Shown piece after piece: positions 15,341 to 30,613 of a DNA stretch of 64,000 nucleotides (position 1 is its first letter; each line of letters opens with the position of its first letter). The stretch covers positions 8,367,962 through 8,431,961 of the forward strand of contig CAVNZM010000007.1 in assembly GCA_963693365.1 (NCBI GenBank), in the 5' to 3' direction. This DNA comes from Amoebidium appalachense. Taxonomy: Eukaryota; Protista; Ichthyosporea. Made by a program: the position numbers and the translations under genes. The notes below the pieces were generated by a model, which saw only the letters and a list, made by a program, of their open reading frames with translations, ran no database searches and had not been told where the DNA came from.

Positions 15341-15536
15341 TGGGGTTGTCAGAGCAAGAATCGTGTTTTGGCGCCATAGGGATGTGAACTGCATGTTGAA
15401 ATTTACCTCGATTTGATTGGTAGGGTTCAATGACTGAAACTCCAAACCAACCAAATCGAGGCAAATTTTGGCATCCGGCTCACATGAGTCACATCCCCAT
15501 GGCATCAAAAACATGATTCTTGCTCTTACCACCCCA
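15341..15536. mobile_element. Foldback (palindromic) MITE-like element, ~195 bp imperfect hairpin
   Basis: tggggttgtcagagcaagaatcgtgttttggcgccatagggatgtga pairs with tcacatccccatggcatcaaaaacatgattcttgctcttaccacccca. The inner aaatttacctcgatttgattgg pairs with ccaaccaaatcgaggcaaattt. Confidence 0.7.
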
Positions 15537-17977
15537 AAACTAGCTTCTCCATCTTTTTTGCTAATCAATAATGTATTCCCTCAAGCATAACACTCACTTG
15601 CAGCCATTAGCTATCACACGTCTCTACTTGCAGATTCTACCCTCGGATTCACACAGAACGTCGACATGTGATAATACCAAGCCAATCAATTCTGCGAATC
15701 CTGCCCTCAGAGATCCCCCGCCCCACCCCACCCCCACCCCACCCCACCCCTCCCTCCCTCCCCCCCCCCCCCCCCCTCCTCCCCCCCCCCCCCCCCCCCT
15801 CCCTCCCCCCCCCCCCGCCCCCCCATCCCCCCCCCCCCCCCCCCCCCCCACCCCACCCCACCCCGCAACCAACCCACCGACCCACCCGCCTAACCTAGGT
15901 ATGTTTGCGCAGTTGTATGTATGTGGTATACTATTGAAGAAGTGATGAGAAGTAGGGGACTCTAGAGAGTGGGTATAATATCGATTGCACCAATAAAGTG
16001 GTTGTACAGCGGCCTTTCTTGACGCACACTGCACCGTTAATTCTGAACTGTGGATAGGGATGAGGGGGGTCCGGAAGACGTGGGGGCAGGGTGGGCGGGT
16101 GGGTGAGTGAAAACGGGAACCCCAGGGAAGAGGTGGGGTGGGGGGATTGGCATGCAAATGAATGTAATTGAACATGAGGGAGAGAGAGATGAGTCTTAGT
16201 AAAGCGGAAGGTTTTTGAGGGGTGGATGATGGAGGGATGGGTGTGCTGGGGGAATCAGGCGGGGGGGAGGGGGGAAGGGGGGGGGGGGCTGTGTCGTGGC
16301 GATGATGGCGGTGGTGGTGGGGCAGGGGGGTTGTTGTAGTGGCGCTGGGGAGGGGGGAAGGGGGGGGGGAGAGGGAAAGGAGGAGGGGCCCGGTGGGGAG
16401 GGGGGCGGCTATGGAGGTGTGATTGGGGTCATTAAAAAGGGTACTGGGGAGTATCTGGGTGAATGGCACAGGGTCTGAGGGGGGAGGGGGGAGGGGGGGG
16501 GGGGGGGGGGGGGGGAGGGGGACGTGGCAGGAGGTGGGTGGATCGTTTTTTTTTTGTTTTTTTTTTGTTTTTTTTTTCCTGGGGGGGGTGAGGGTGGGGT
16601 GGGGGGTGGGGGTGGGGGGGGGGGGAGGGGGGATGGTGATGGCTGCCGGAGAGGTGTGGGAGTCACTTGGAGGTCGAATTTTTCATCAATGCCAACGAAT
16701 GGGCATATGGCACAGCTGGTTCATGGGGTCCAAAGCCCACAAGGGGGTTGCGGGGGGAGCCTCGCGGAGGGGGGAGGGGGGGAGGGGGGAGAAGCCTTGG
16801 ACTAAAGGGAAGGAGGGGCTCGAAGGAATCAGGGAGGGGAGGGATTGCCAATATATGGGGTCTCAATATGAGAGAAGGAGGTTGGTATATTTGAAGCATT
16901 CAGGTGAGGAGTGGTGGATCTGATATCATACAAAGTCTTGGCCTATGATTGAGGTGTTCTGAAGTTCCAGATGTTGCCTGTCAGGTGACATTCTTTGGTT
17001 CCGAGGGTGATTGGTTTTAGGGGAGGATGGGGGAGCGAGGTGCCGGGGGTGGGTGGGTGAGGACAAGGCCGGGGGGGGCAGGCAGGGGGGCCGGGGGGGG
17101 TGGGGGGAGGGGGGGGGGGTGGGGGGGGTGGGGGGGTGGGGGGGGGGGGGGGGGGGGAGAGAGAGAGAGCAACGTCGACCGAAACTACGTATTTGTCCCA
17201 CCAAGGGAAGGGGATGGAAGAAAGAGAGAGGAGGCCGGCGACGGGTAGGTTTGGTGGGTGGGGGCGGGTGGTTGGGTGGGTGGGTGGGTGGTGGTGTGTG
17301 TGTGTGTATATGTGGGGGGGGGGGGGTTGGGGATCGGTTGGAGAGGTGATTTGGTATGCAGTCCCGGGTTTGTATCTCCCCCCTCCCCCCTCCCCCCTTC
17401 TCTTCCCCTTCCCCCCCCCCCACCCACCCCCCCGCGCATGTGCCCCCTGCATCTCCTCCTCCCCCTCCTCCCCCTTCTCCCCCCCCCCCCAAAAAAGAGA
17501 GAGAACCTGAGAAAGACAAGAAGGTTGAAAAGAAAAAAAGATTAATTGCGGCCGTGTGTGTCTGACTCTGTCTATGCTCACTCCTGACAAACCGGTCATT
17601 CGGAATCCGGAACACTGCCTAGAATTATCAAAATGCGTAAATGAAGTGAGGGTTTGGTGACGGAAGATACGGAAATTGATGGAGGTGGTTTTTTTTTTTT
17701 TTTTAGGGGGGGGGGGAGGGGGGGGGGGGGACAAGAGATGCAGGGGAGAGGAGGGTGGGGCCAGGCAAGAGAGGGAGGGAAGGGGGGGGGGGGGGGGGGG
17801 GGGATGGGGCTGTGGCGTATACAGATAGAAAATGTACATCCGGACCAAGCAGACTACCATATTGCCACACACATACTTGCTAGAGCTGTGCCGTGCACAT
17901 CCCCCTCCCCCCCCCCCCCCCCCCCCCCCCCACCCACCCCCTCCTCCTCCTCCTCTTCCCCCTCCCCCGCCCCCCCT

Positions 17978-18133
17978 TCACTCCACTGAATTATGGGGTG
18001 GTCAGAGACGTATGTCCAAGCTGCGACATTAGTAAGGACCATGAGCCACTTTTACCCGATTGGTTGGAATCAATGCTTTCATGGTGCTGCATTGGCCAAT
18101 CAAAATACCCAGACGCATAATTCAGTGGAGTGA
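17978..18133. mobile_element. MITE-like element with perfect 18-bp terminal inverted repeats
   Basis: tcactccactgaattatg (17978-17995) and cataattcagtggagtga (18116-18133). The left end continues tatggggtggtcagag, like the 15341 element. Confidence 0.7.
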
Positions 18134-18505
18134 CTGGTTGCACCCCCCTCCCCCTCCCCCCCCTCCCCCCCCCCCCTCCCCCCGTTACCCCTTCCCCTCC
18201 CCCTCCCCCCTCCCTTCCTCCCCTCCGTCTGAGCAACCAAGGAAGAAAAACAAAAAGCAAACAAACAAACAAAAAAACAAAACACCCATCCTCAGCGCTA
18301 GATTTTTCTTTTACCCCCCCCCCCCCCCCCCCCCCCCTCCCTCCTCCCCCCCTCTCTCCTCCTCTCTCCATCTTGTCTGCCTCCCCTCACCACAACTCCA
18401 CACCGACGGCCTCTATATATCTTTTTTCACAGCCTAAAGTTTGATGCCACTGAACACACATTCAAGGAGTAGTGTGGGATGGTTGAAAGCAAAAATGACG
18501 CGTCG

Positions 18506-18734
<229 letters not shown>

Positions 18735-18971
18735 GCTTGTGCGTTTGTGTCTGTGCGGACGCGCACGAGTACGTGGGTGTGTGTGCGCGCGCGTGCATGT
18801 GTGTGTGCTACATTGCCTGACTATCGAAGTACACGTATGAAGGGGTTACGTGTGAAGGGGTGTGTGTGTGTGAGTACATATTTAATTTGTGAACTAGGAA
18901 AGATTAATGGAAAAAATACAGGGAGACTTTGAGGAGAATATAAGCCGAGGTAGATAGGGTTTGGATTGAAA

Positions 18972-19031
18972 GTGCCCGGGGTAGCTGGAAGGTGCCCGGG
19001 GTAGCTGGAAGGTGCCCGGGGTAGCCGGAAG
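18972..19031. repeat. 20-bp minisatellite x3
   Basis: gtgcccggggtagctggaag repeated three times in tandem with no spacers. Confidence 0.9.
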
Positions 19032-19553
19032 ATGTGATGAAGGTGGAAGTGGGGAGGGGAGGGGGGAAAGAGAGAGAGAGAGAGAGAAAACAGACTCTGA
19101 AGCTCGTGTGGAGAGTATAGGTAGGTAGCTTGTGGTGGTGTTCTTGGTGGTGGTGTTCTGTGTACTTGCATGTGTGGCGGGATGGGGGGAAGGGGGAAGG
19201 GGAGGAATGGAGGGTAGAGTAGGGGGACGAGTGGAAGGGGGGGGGAGGGGGGGGGTGCGGGGGGAGGAGGGATACCATTGAAGGTGGAGAAGGGGTTGCG
19301 GGTGTTTTAGTTGAAAAGGATAAAGGGATGGAAAATGAGAGACGGGTACCAAGGTTTACGAAGCTAGTGTATGAGCCAGAATGTTATCACTGAACTTCCT
19401 AAGATAAGACTGGGAGGCGGGCACAACAAATTCGCACGCAACGTATGTTAGATTGGTAAGTGGCTGGTGTAAGGTCTTGCATGTTCTCAGGTTTAAATAG
19501 TGTTTTTATCACACTCTTTTGAGTCAATTCGGTAGGAAAAATTTGAGGACTTG

Positions 19554-19637
19554 TATCAAAAATGAAAATAAACGCTAGGTATATCAAAAATGAAAATAAG
19601 CGCTAGGTATATCAAAAATGAAAATAAACGCTAGGTA
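19554..19637. repeat. 28-bp minisatellite x3
   Basis: tatcaaaaatgaaaataaacgctaggta repeated three times in tandem with no spacers. Confidence 0.9.
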
Positions 19638-20063
19638 AATTGATCGGAGGTTAGAGGGGAGATTGCTCGCCATGTGGTGGGACGCAAACATGTGACGGGA
19701 GGTGGAAGGGGAGGGAAGGGGAGGAGGGAGTTGAATAGGAATAGGTTTGCCTGCTATCATAAGAGGCTGGAGCCTCGGCGGCGAAGTTCAGAGCCAACGA
19801 GAGCAGTTTTTGTGACCATGGTGTAATTTTATTCTTTCCAATTCCAGCTGGAAAAAAGGAGGCGTAGATCACGCCACAACATATTTACAGTTGATGCTTT
19901 ACAACATTTTCCGTGTTACTCGTCTGCAAACCCTTTTCCTTACACAACAGCAACGAGCCGTAACACCAACAACACAATTATCTACAGCAAATGCTTTGCT
20001 TAAAGTTGTACACATGCACATAACCAAACACATCGAGCACACCAAGTTTATCAGCTTATCAGC

Positions 20064-20762
20064 TTATGCAGCCACACACTTGGAGTCGCTTGTGTTGGTG
20101 CACACAGTCACCTCGGTGGCAAGGCACTGGAAGCCCGTGGGCATGGGCGTGCAGGGCTCGCACTTGCCGTTGAACAGGAACTCGCCCTTGGCGCACGTGA
20201 CACAGATGTTCTTGGGGTTGGCGTCGGGGAACACAACGTGGTTGCAAGAGTCGCCAATGGCAGCATACTCGGCGGGGGCGTTGTACAGAGAGAAGATGGT
20301 CTTGTCGAAGGCCTTCTTGTCGCACACCAGCGCCGTCAGGGCCGTGCTCTTGCCGTTGGCGGAAACGGCCTCATACACGTGGTAGTCGGCCCAGTTGGTG
20401 TGGGCAATGGTGGAGATCTTGGCAAGGGCAAAGCCGACCTTGAGGGGGGTGGTGACGTCTCCGGCAAGGTTAAAGATGATCACACCACCGTGGCAGGCGT
20501 CAGTGGGGCCGGGGTGGTAGGTGGAGGGGTCGAATTGGCGTGTGGAAGTCACCTTGTGGGTGGCAATGGCGCCCGGCTCGTCCGTCATGGAGGGATAGTA
20601 GGTGGTCATGCGGGTGACCGTGGAGCTGTAGACGGGGGTGGTCACGGGGGGGATGGGTGTGGTTGTGAAGGGGGGAGGGACCGGGGTGAGGACCGCACGG
20701 GGGTTGCTGTTGTAGGCGGTGACGGCGCCAGCCATAGCGAGGAGAGAAAGAGACTTGACCAT
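20064..20762 (-). CDS. Secreted Cys-rich protein, paralog C, 232 aa, intronless
   Basis: ATG at 20762 starts MVKSLSLLAMAGAVTA (signal peptide). Pro/Thr-rich stalk, the shared core domain and CVTCAKGEFL..CEPC..C..C..TSDSKC. Visible bias to C/G-ending codons. Confidence 0.9.
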   Translation of the reverse strand: MVKSLSLLAMAGAVTAYNSNPRAVLTPVPPPFTTTPIPPVTTPVYSSTVTRMTTYYPSMTDEPGAIATHKVTSTRQFDPSTYHPGPTDACHGGVIIFNLAGDVTTPLKVGFALAKISTIAHTNWADYHVYEAVSANGKSTALTALVCDKKAFDKTIFSLYNAPAEYAAIGDSCNHVVFPDANPKNICVTCAKGEFLFNGKCEPCTPMPTGFQCLATEVTVCTNTSDSKCVAA

Positions 20763-20865
20763 TTTTGCGGTTGAGAGTTCGTAAAGGAACAGAGGCACTA
20801 TTATCAACTACGTTTGCACGCTGCGTCGACAACTGCTCTGTAATGATTCCTGGCCCAGTCCGTGG

Positions 20866-20960
20866 TTTATATACTCCAGCCGCGGCGTGTTTTGATTGGC
20901 ACCACCGATTCCATGGTTATTGGGCCAATCAGCGACCAGCCATCTCGACGCTGATTGGTT
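20866..20960 (-). promoter_or_regulatory. TATA box plus CCAAT cluster of paralog C
   Basis: TATATAAA on the minus strand at 20866-20873, about 104 bp upstream of the ATG. Four CCAAT/ATTGG sites at ~20895-20958. Confidence 0.6.
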
Positions 20961-22389
20961 TTTAGGGCCCTTGACCTGGATGTGCCGCCTGGGACCTTTA
21001 TCATTCCGTGAGGTAAAAGAGATGAAGTGTCGCTGATATATTGGTCAAAAATTAAATTAGATATATGGTTAACTTCCTAGATCATAAATAGAAAAGTTTT
21101 TCGTGAACTTTTCATCTTCTATCTAATGAGTGAGTGGTCGAGTAATCATATGTGATCTGTTTTTTTGCCCCCCCCTTATGTTTATCACCCTAAGGAAACG
21201 AATCAAACCACGCTGTCAGCATTCCAGCCGTGACTCCAACAACATCATCGCAACAGCGATTCATCTTTTTCCCTTGTGACTTGAGGAATATATATGAAAA
21301 AAAAAATCCCAGCATGATTTTTTTTTTTTTTTTTTTTTGTTTAGAATGCATGAATTCAGGTGATTGAAGCAGCGACCAAATTAGCAGTGTGCGTCTGAGG
21401 CCTCTGGAATGACCCCGTTAACGTTAGGGCCGTTTCCATAGTGCCGATCAACACCGTTCGCACTATTTGAAACCCCGGTGCAACGTGACCCGCAACCAGG
21501 ATGCCTTGCCTCACTCCCTCTCCGGAACCAACCCCCTCCCCCTCCCTCCTCCCTCCCCCCCTCCCCCCCCCCTCCCCCCTCCCTCCCCCCCCGGCTGGGG
21601 AAAAAAAGGAAGAAGTGCGCTATTGATGCACAGCCGAAACGTGCGTGGGACTGTGGCACTTGTAACTCTGGTGGATGTTTTCGTGAGTCAGGCTCGAGCT
21701 CATGATCATGCATGGTCAGAACAGGGCTCAAGTAAATGTACCGTGACTGATCCACCCAAGTTAGTAGCATGTGTACACTGCCCCAGTCTTGAGGGAGTAA
21801 GCCTAGGGAGAGGGGGGCTGGGGGGGGAGGGGGGAGGAGGGAATGGAGGGGGGGGGGGGGGGGAGGGGGGATGCTGCTGTTATAATAATATTCTTAGTTG
21901 TGTCCACATTGATCCTTACCTGGTTGTCTGCATTGTTGAGGTGCACCTGAAGTATATATACCACGAACGCTCTGTGCATTTTTATACAAGTGGGTCACAC
22001 TGTTTCAAAACCTTTGATTCATTTTTGCAAGAACATAAAAAAAGTGATACCATATGATGAAAGAAAAGTTTCGAACACCCATAATAGCATGCACAGAGAA
22101 TGTCGTGCCTGAGTGTATCTACATACATAAGCACAATTCAGTGATAGTAAACTAAAATGAATTCATGTTAAAGGTAAAGTAAAATGAATGCTCGGGCTGA
22201 TGGGGATCGGAGAGTAACCCGTGCCTCCTCAACTAGTGGGGCCGGGGGGAGGGGGGGGGGGGGGGGGGGGGCCCACGGGGATGGCAGGGGGGGGGGGGGG
22301 GGGGGGGGGGAGGGGGGAGGGGGGGAGGGGGGGGACGGGGGGGGGGGTGGGGGGAGGGAGGGGGGAGGGGAGGGGCGTAAGGTGATGAT

Positions 22390-24440
<2,051 letters not shown>

Positions 24441-25589
24441 CAACAGAGTCCAATAAAGTGAATAGCTATAGTCGGTCATGTCCATGTCTAAGAAAGAGAA
24501 AATCGATCATAAGCTTTGGTATCACATGTGGTATCTTTGAGGCCAACCCTCTCCTCCCCCCCCCCCCCCCCCCCCCCCCGCCTCTCCCTTCCCGGCCCTC
24601 TTCTTACCCCCTTCCCCCAGGCCCCAAACACCAAATCCACATCGTATACTACAGGCTGCCCACATCTGTCATAAAAACACCTGCTCCCCTTTGTAACCCC
24701 CCCCCCCCCCCCCCCCCCCCCTTCCCCTTTCCCCACGTAAATCCCCTGCCCTGGCCCTGCCCTTCTCCCCCTCTCCCCTCCCCCCCACCCCCCCCCCCCC
24801 CCCACCCCCCGCGAACACACCAACTGCATAGGGCTCATGCACATGAAAGTGCGTTTTTATCCTAGTAGTATGCAGCCAACAAACAAAACCTTGACACATT
24901 ATCTTGCCTAGATGCACATCACACATGACGGGGGCAGCTGCGGTAGGGCATTGGGCCGAGTAGGAGTGTGTACAGACATAATGCCTGTGCGAACAGATTC
25001 TAGAGCAGAGTGAAGTGCTCATTTGCTTTGTGTATACAAGAGACAGCAGGCTTCCCAGTCAGTCTATAACCTGAAGGTGCTTCTACTAGTCCACCGTGGC
25101 AGCCTGAAAGTTATCTGTTATACAAAAAAGAAACTTCCGGCGAAATATCTCGAACAGGCATACTGATGTCCACACTGACATATGCCATGCCGTGTTTTGG
25201 GGTCATAGTATTTGCCACGGTAAATTTAAATTTGCACAATGGGCAACAGCAGCTGCAAACGTCATGTAACGTGTCAAATGTCATATGTACCGGTTTCAAG
25301 TGTGACAGGCTCGGGAAAGGAGCAGCACAGACTTTTCTACATGTCAGTCGCAAGTACAACTTGTTTATGAAGGGTTGCTTTTTTTTTCCTGGTTGGAAAA
25401 AAAAAGAAAAAGAGAAGTACAGTCCAGGTCAGGCCTATCACTGTGTACTGAAAGCCACAGTGAGGCCTCAACGCTCCGTATGGACCACTGTAGTCCTCCT
25501 CTTTACCCTGAGTACACACCTTCGTGCAAAACCCTCCCGGATCTTTTCTACAATACCACCGAAAATATCTAACAAAAGGGGCATTGAAA

Positions 25590-26252
25590 ATGAGCAAAGA
25601 CAACGCCAGTTCTTTCCCAGCAAGCGGTTATGCGGAGGAGTTTGGACTTGCCAAGGGCACTAGCCCCTTTGGCTACAAAATAACACACGTGGAGCTGAGT
25701 TCCGAGCCCACAGGTTTCCATCTTTTCCCACTACGCCTTGGTTTCTCCGGCCCCGTCCAGGACCCATCTGCATTGCTGGATGCTATCATGGAAACGCGTG
25801 TCAAGGGAAAGGAGCAACACGTGGTTTATTCCCGCATGGGTGTTCCTTTCGAGCTTCATTTCGGCCGTCCAGAAGTGGAGAATGAAGCAGAGCACAGGGC
25901 AAACGCGAAGGCACCCGTGAGCATCTGGTCTGTTGGCACCGGGTTTCTTCGTTTTGACCTACCGACAAAGCACTCGGGGATGAAAGAAAAGGGAGAAAAA
26001 GAAAAAGAAAAGAGAAAGGAAGAAGGCAAAGAGGAGGAGGTGACAAGGAGCTGGCCAGAAGTCAAGCAGGAGCTGGAATTCCGCACAGCAAGGTTTGAGG
26101 GCGGAACATGCCATTTGTGTGGGGAAACGATCAAGGAGAAGGAAAAGATTGCAAAGCCAAAGGACACCGAGAAGATAAAACCAAGCACGTGGTCACATGC
26201 AAAGTGCATGGGTGACAAGCTGATGCACGAACCGATGGACACCGAGGAATAA
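25590..26252 (+). CDS. Intronless protein with C-terminal PARP-type zinc finger, 220 aa
   Basis: Non-repetitive ORF from ATG 25590. A K/E-rich linker precedes ARFEGGTCHLCGETIKEKEKI...WSHAKC (C-x2-C...W-x-H-x2-C). Confidence 0.75.
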   Translation: MSKDNASSFPASGYAEEFGLAKGTSPFGYKITHVELSSEPTGFHLFPLRLGFSGPVQDPSALLDAIMETRVKGKEQHVVYSRMGVPFELHFGRPEVENEAEHRANAKAPVSIWSVGTGFLRFDLPTKHSGMKEKGEKEKEKRKEEGKEEEVTRSWPEVKQELEFRTARFEGGTCHLCGETIKEKEKIAKPKDTEKIKPSTWSHAKCMGDKLMHEPMDTEE

Positions 26253-26707
26253 CTCGGAAAGGGAGAGCGATCGCACGGGGACAGATTGGGTTGGGCTTAA
26301 CTTGAAGGGGCTTGAAGGGCTAAGTATAACCTATTTGGATATTTACCCAGAATTTTTTCCAAAATATACACAGGTTGTCAGTGGGATTAGCACATGTATG
26401 CAAATACTACCACTTTACGGAGCATGATGTCTGCCAAGCTAGCCATGCATGGTTGACGGTGTCCCGACGTTTTTGAGTACAGTAGTAAAAGCGAGCGGAC
26501 ATCCTTGTTTTTGCCAGTTAATATTTGGTTCACGGGGACTAGAAGGAAGGATAATCGGTAGTGTGGATGTTACGTTTTACATTATTTTTCTCTTCCCGGC
26601 CTCTACGTAGTGGAGTGACTTGCCTTTTTTTTTTCTCTTGCTTCAATGCACGAGTCACATTCATGTTTGCGATATTACAAGACCTGCGTAAAAATCATGT
26701 AGGTATG

Positions 26708-26850
26708 CAAAATGGCGCGAAAAATGGCCTTGAAGGCCAGCAGCGAAATCTATTAATAGGTACATTTATCTTTGATTCTCTCTAAATATAGAAATTATGG
26801 CCCTCTGACCTTTTTGGGTTTTGGATTTCGGCCGTTGAAGTGCACGTGCA
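26708..26850 (+). promoter_or_regulatory. Candidate PWP1 promoter motifs (E2F-like, E-box)
   Basis: GGCGCGAAAA at 26714-26723 flanked by two AAAATGGC motifs. Palindromic GTGCACGTGCAC with CACGTG at 26843-26848. Confidence 0.4.
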
Positions 26851-27101
26851 CATGTACATTTCCCTTTCACACGGACAAATGCACACTGTCATATGCATCG
26901 ATATCATAGACTCACAGTATACTTGAGGCATGCACACCATGGTTAGTTTGCATTGGCATAGGAATACACAAGTAAGACACTGATACGGTCCGCGGGCTGG
27001 TGACGACAGTGCTTACAACACACGAGCACCAACGAGCACCTCATCACCTACACTACAGCAGCTCACGGCGTGCATTTTGGTTGTTTTTTGAGAACACAAA
27101 C

Positions 27102-28033
27102 ATGTCTATGATTTCGTGTCTAGAATGGGTGCGGAGGGGGGTGGCCGCCGAAAACCCTCTCAAGGTGGAGCTGGATCCTGAGGACATAGCTGCTATGCTC
27201 AAGTAGGTTTCCGGAAAACCATGTTTTACTGTTTCTGTGGACATTTGACTTGTGAGAGCAATGGTCATCGTGATATCAACTCTCTGGAGTGACACGGGCT
27301 ATTGCCACCCCCCCCCCCCCCCCCCCCCCCCCCCTCTCCTTCCCCCCCTCCCCCCCCCCTCCCCCCCCCTCCCCCCTCTGGACTGTGCAAAAAATATTAA
27401 GGTTCTTCACCGAAGTTTTGTTAAAGTTACAGGATCGTCTTTACTGGCCCGGACACACATACAGCCAATGGTGGCTTAAAGGCATTTGCCCCGGTCACTT
27501 ACCCACACCGAGTATCCGTCATGCGCGCAAGTGGTCGCTATATATGTATAACGAAAAGACGCTCAAATGACTTTGACATTCAAGAGCTATAATGCAGATC
27601 CCTAGTTAGATGTGAACTTTCGGACTTCATTGAGCGCGTGGACAAGAAGACACAAACACAGACATTCGTACACATAAGCACACGCACGCGCGCACACACA
27701 AGGGAGTATGTGCTCACAAACAGGCTCAGAAGCACGTACACTACACACTAAGCACATGCGGGCACCTTCATACGCACATGCACCCACACACATCACATTT
27801 GCACTCAATCAAAGTAGCAACTCTTTACAGCTAAGCACTGTGGCACAAATACTCATGTACATACAGTCAAGGGCACGTGCAATAACGAAACACACAACCA
27901 CACAACCACACACCTGTATACACAGAGGCATACATGACGTGTACACACCTGGATGCACACACGAATACACACAGTCTTAAAAGGTCCCCCTGACTGTACA
28001 CAGGCAGCACATGCTGGCGTATGTGCACACGCA

Positions 28034-28125
<92 letters not shown>

Positions 28126-28459
28126 GTTTGCACAAAGCATGTTGCCCTTGGAATCCATCTTTGTGCAACACTCTCGATGCTCTGCTTTCATCTTCTTGGT
28201 GCTGATGGTGTTAGGATAAAATTCCTGCCTACTTACAAGAATACTCGTTTCACTTTTGCAGGCAAAAGGGTGTTGCCGATGACATGGAGGATGAGATGGA
28301 TGAAATCACGGAAAAGTTTGGCAAGCAAGGGTTGGGAAAGGATAAGAAAAAGAAGAAGGAGAAAGATGCAGATGATAGCGACACGGACGATTCAGATGAT
28401 GATTATGAGGATATTGATATTGAAGACCCACTGAATATGGATAACTATGATGACGATGA

Positions 28460-28531
<72 letters not shown>

Positions 28532-29677
28532 ATGTGTGCATGTGTGTTTGTGTGTGGAGGCAAGTGCGCATGTGTGAGTGCCTTTGTGAGGGGGAGTGGA
28601 TTTAAGTGGGTCGGCGGGTTGGTTGGAGGGGAGGGGGGGGTGGAGGATGGGAAGGGAGAGGGAGAGGGGAGAGCCGGGAGGAGAGCCTTGGAAGGGGGGC
28701 GGGGGTGGGGGGTGGGGGAGGATTATGTGTGCGTAGGTGTGGGTGTGTGTAGTGTGGAGATGTGTGTTTGTGATGATATGTGTCCGATTGTCTGTGTTAC
28801 AGTAGCGGAGGGCGGGGTCCAGGGGGGAGGGGGGGGAAGGCAAAGGTGTACATGTATGCAAATGTGATTAAATGGCTACATGTGTATGTTGCCCACTTGT
28901 GTGCATGTGTTGTGTGCAAGTCCGTTATGATAGTTTGTTCAACTTGTTTCTCGCTCATTTTGCACCTAGTGATTACCCTTATATAGAGAAATTACCCTTA
29001 TATAGAGACCACACGGTTACCTGATATGAGCCATCATTACACCATGGTTACCTACATGCATAAGCCATGTTTTTTATAACCATTATGTTCTCTCATATCT
29101 GTTACTTTGTAGGTGTTTAGTCAAAAAACGAATCGCATTATTATTGGGGTTATATCAGAACCATTCATACTGACTGCTTGGTTTCCAGATGGTGTGATTG
29201 GCCAGTTTGCCGGTGTGGAGGGTCTTGTCTACCATGCAAGCAACGACCAGGACCCATACATCACCGTAAAGGTGGATTTCTCTTTCCCCCCCCCCCCCCC
29301 CCCCCCCTCCCTCCCTCCCTGCCTGCCTCCCCCTTCTCCGTCGTCCTCCCCCCTCTTCCCCCTTCCCCCCATCCCACAACGCACACAAACACACGAACAC
29401 ACACGAACACACACTCCTGCTTTTTGGTATTGTTGGTGCTTATGTGCCTTTTGATTTTCATGCATCCAAGATCCCCCTCCCCGGGCCCTCCCTGAGGATG
29501 GGCTCTGCTTATGACGCATACTGTGCGCATGGCTGATGTTGCATACTTGAATGTTTGCCTTTGCATGTGTCCTGCACCATGCTTCTCATCGTGTATGCGT
29601 ACTTCGTACCGTGTTCCGCATTCAACCCCCCCCCCCCCCCCCCCCACACACCCCTCTCCCCCATTGTTCTACTCCCC

Positions 29678-29708
<31 letters not shown>

Positions 29709-29881
29709 AAAAATAAAAAAAATAAAAATCGAAGTTCCCCTCGAAGAGGAAAAAAAAAAGGCATGTGTTCGGTACACTTAAACATCGGCAGGCAGAGACC
29801 CCTCACGAACATATTTCAAAACATATGTAGGCAGGCGGGAGGCAAGATGGAACGGAAGTGAAGAGCTCCTTCCAGCAGGGG

Positions 29882-29921
<40 letters not shown>

Positions 29922-30374
29922 GGAAGGAGCAGGGGGGAGAGGGTGGGAGGGGGGGGGGGGGGGGGGGGGGGAGGGAGGGGGGAGAAGGATAGCGGGAAGG
30001 GAGAGTGTACAGGGGGGTGTGGCCGGTAGAGGTGGGTGGAGATACATCAGGGGGTGGCTTGATGGAGTGAAGGTGGGCGGAGAGGGAGATATGGCAGGGG
30101 GGTGGGGGTAGGAGAGGAGGGGGGCTGGGGATGGGGGGAGGGGAAGGGAAGAGAAGGACAGGAGAGGGTTATGTGTTGGTAGAGGGGAGGAGAAGCAGAG
30201 AAGAAGCGCGAACTGTGGGCGTGGTTCTGGGTGTGTGGGTATGGTTTTTTTGTTTTTTTGTTTTTTGGGGGGGGGGGGGGGAGGGGGGGGGGGGGTTGGC
30301 TTTGGTGGGTAGAATAGTCGATTAGGAGACATGTTTTGTGAAGGTTGCAGATGTTGCCACCACTTCGTGGTTAA

Positions 30375-30416
<42 letters not shown>

Positions 30417-30579
30417 CTCTCTCTCTCTTCCTCTCTCCCCCATCTCCCCCCCCCCCCCCCCCCCCCTCTTCTTTCCCTCCCTCCCTCCCTCCCCCTCCCC
30501 CTCCCCCTCCTTCTCTCTCCTCCTCTCCCTCCCACCCCTCCTCCCCCCTGCCCCTACCCCACCCACCCACCCTTTCTCC

Positions 30580-30613
<34 letters not shown>

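Noticed and set aside
15900-17700. Islands of complex sequence between poly-G tracts, as possible exons or LTR-element remnants
   Set aside because: I found no phase-compatible exon chain and no recognisable gag/pol motif in the frames I read.
18972-19637. 20-bp and 28-bp repeats as possible CRISPR arrays (also 55663-55809)
   Set aside because: The units are contiguous with no unique spacers, the context is eukaryotic, and there are no cas genes.
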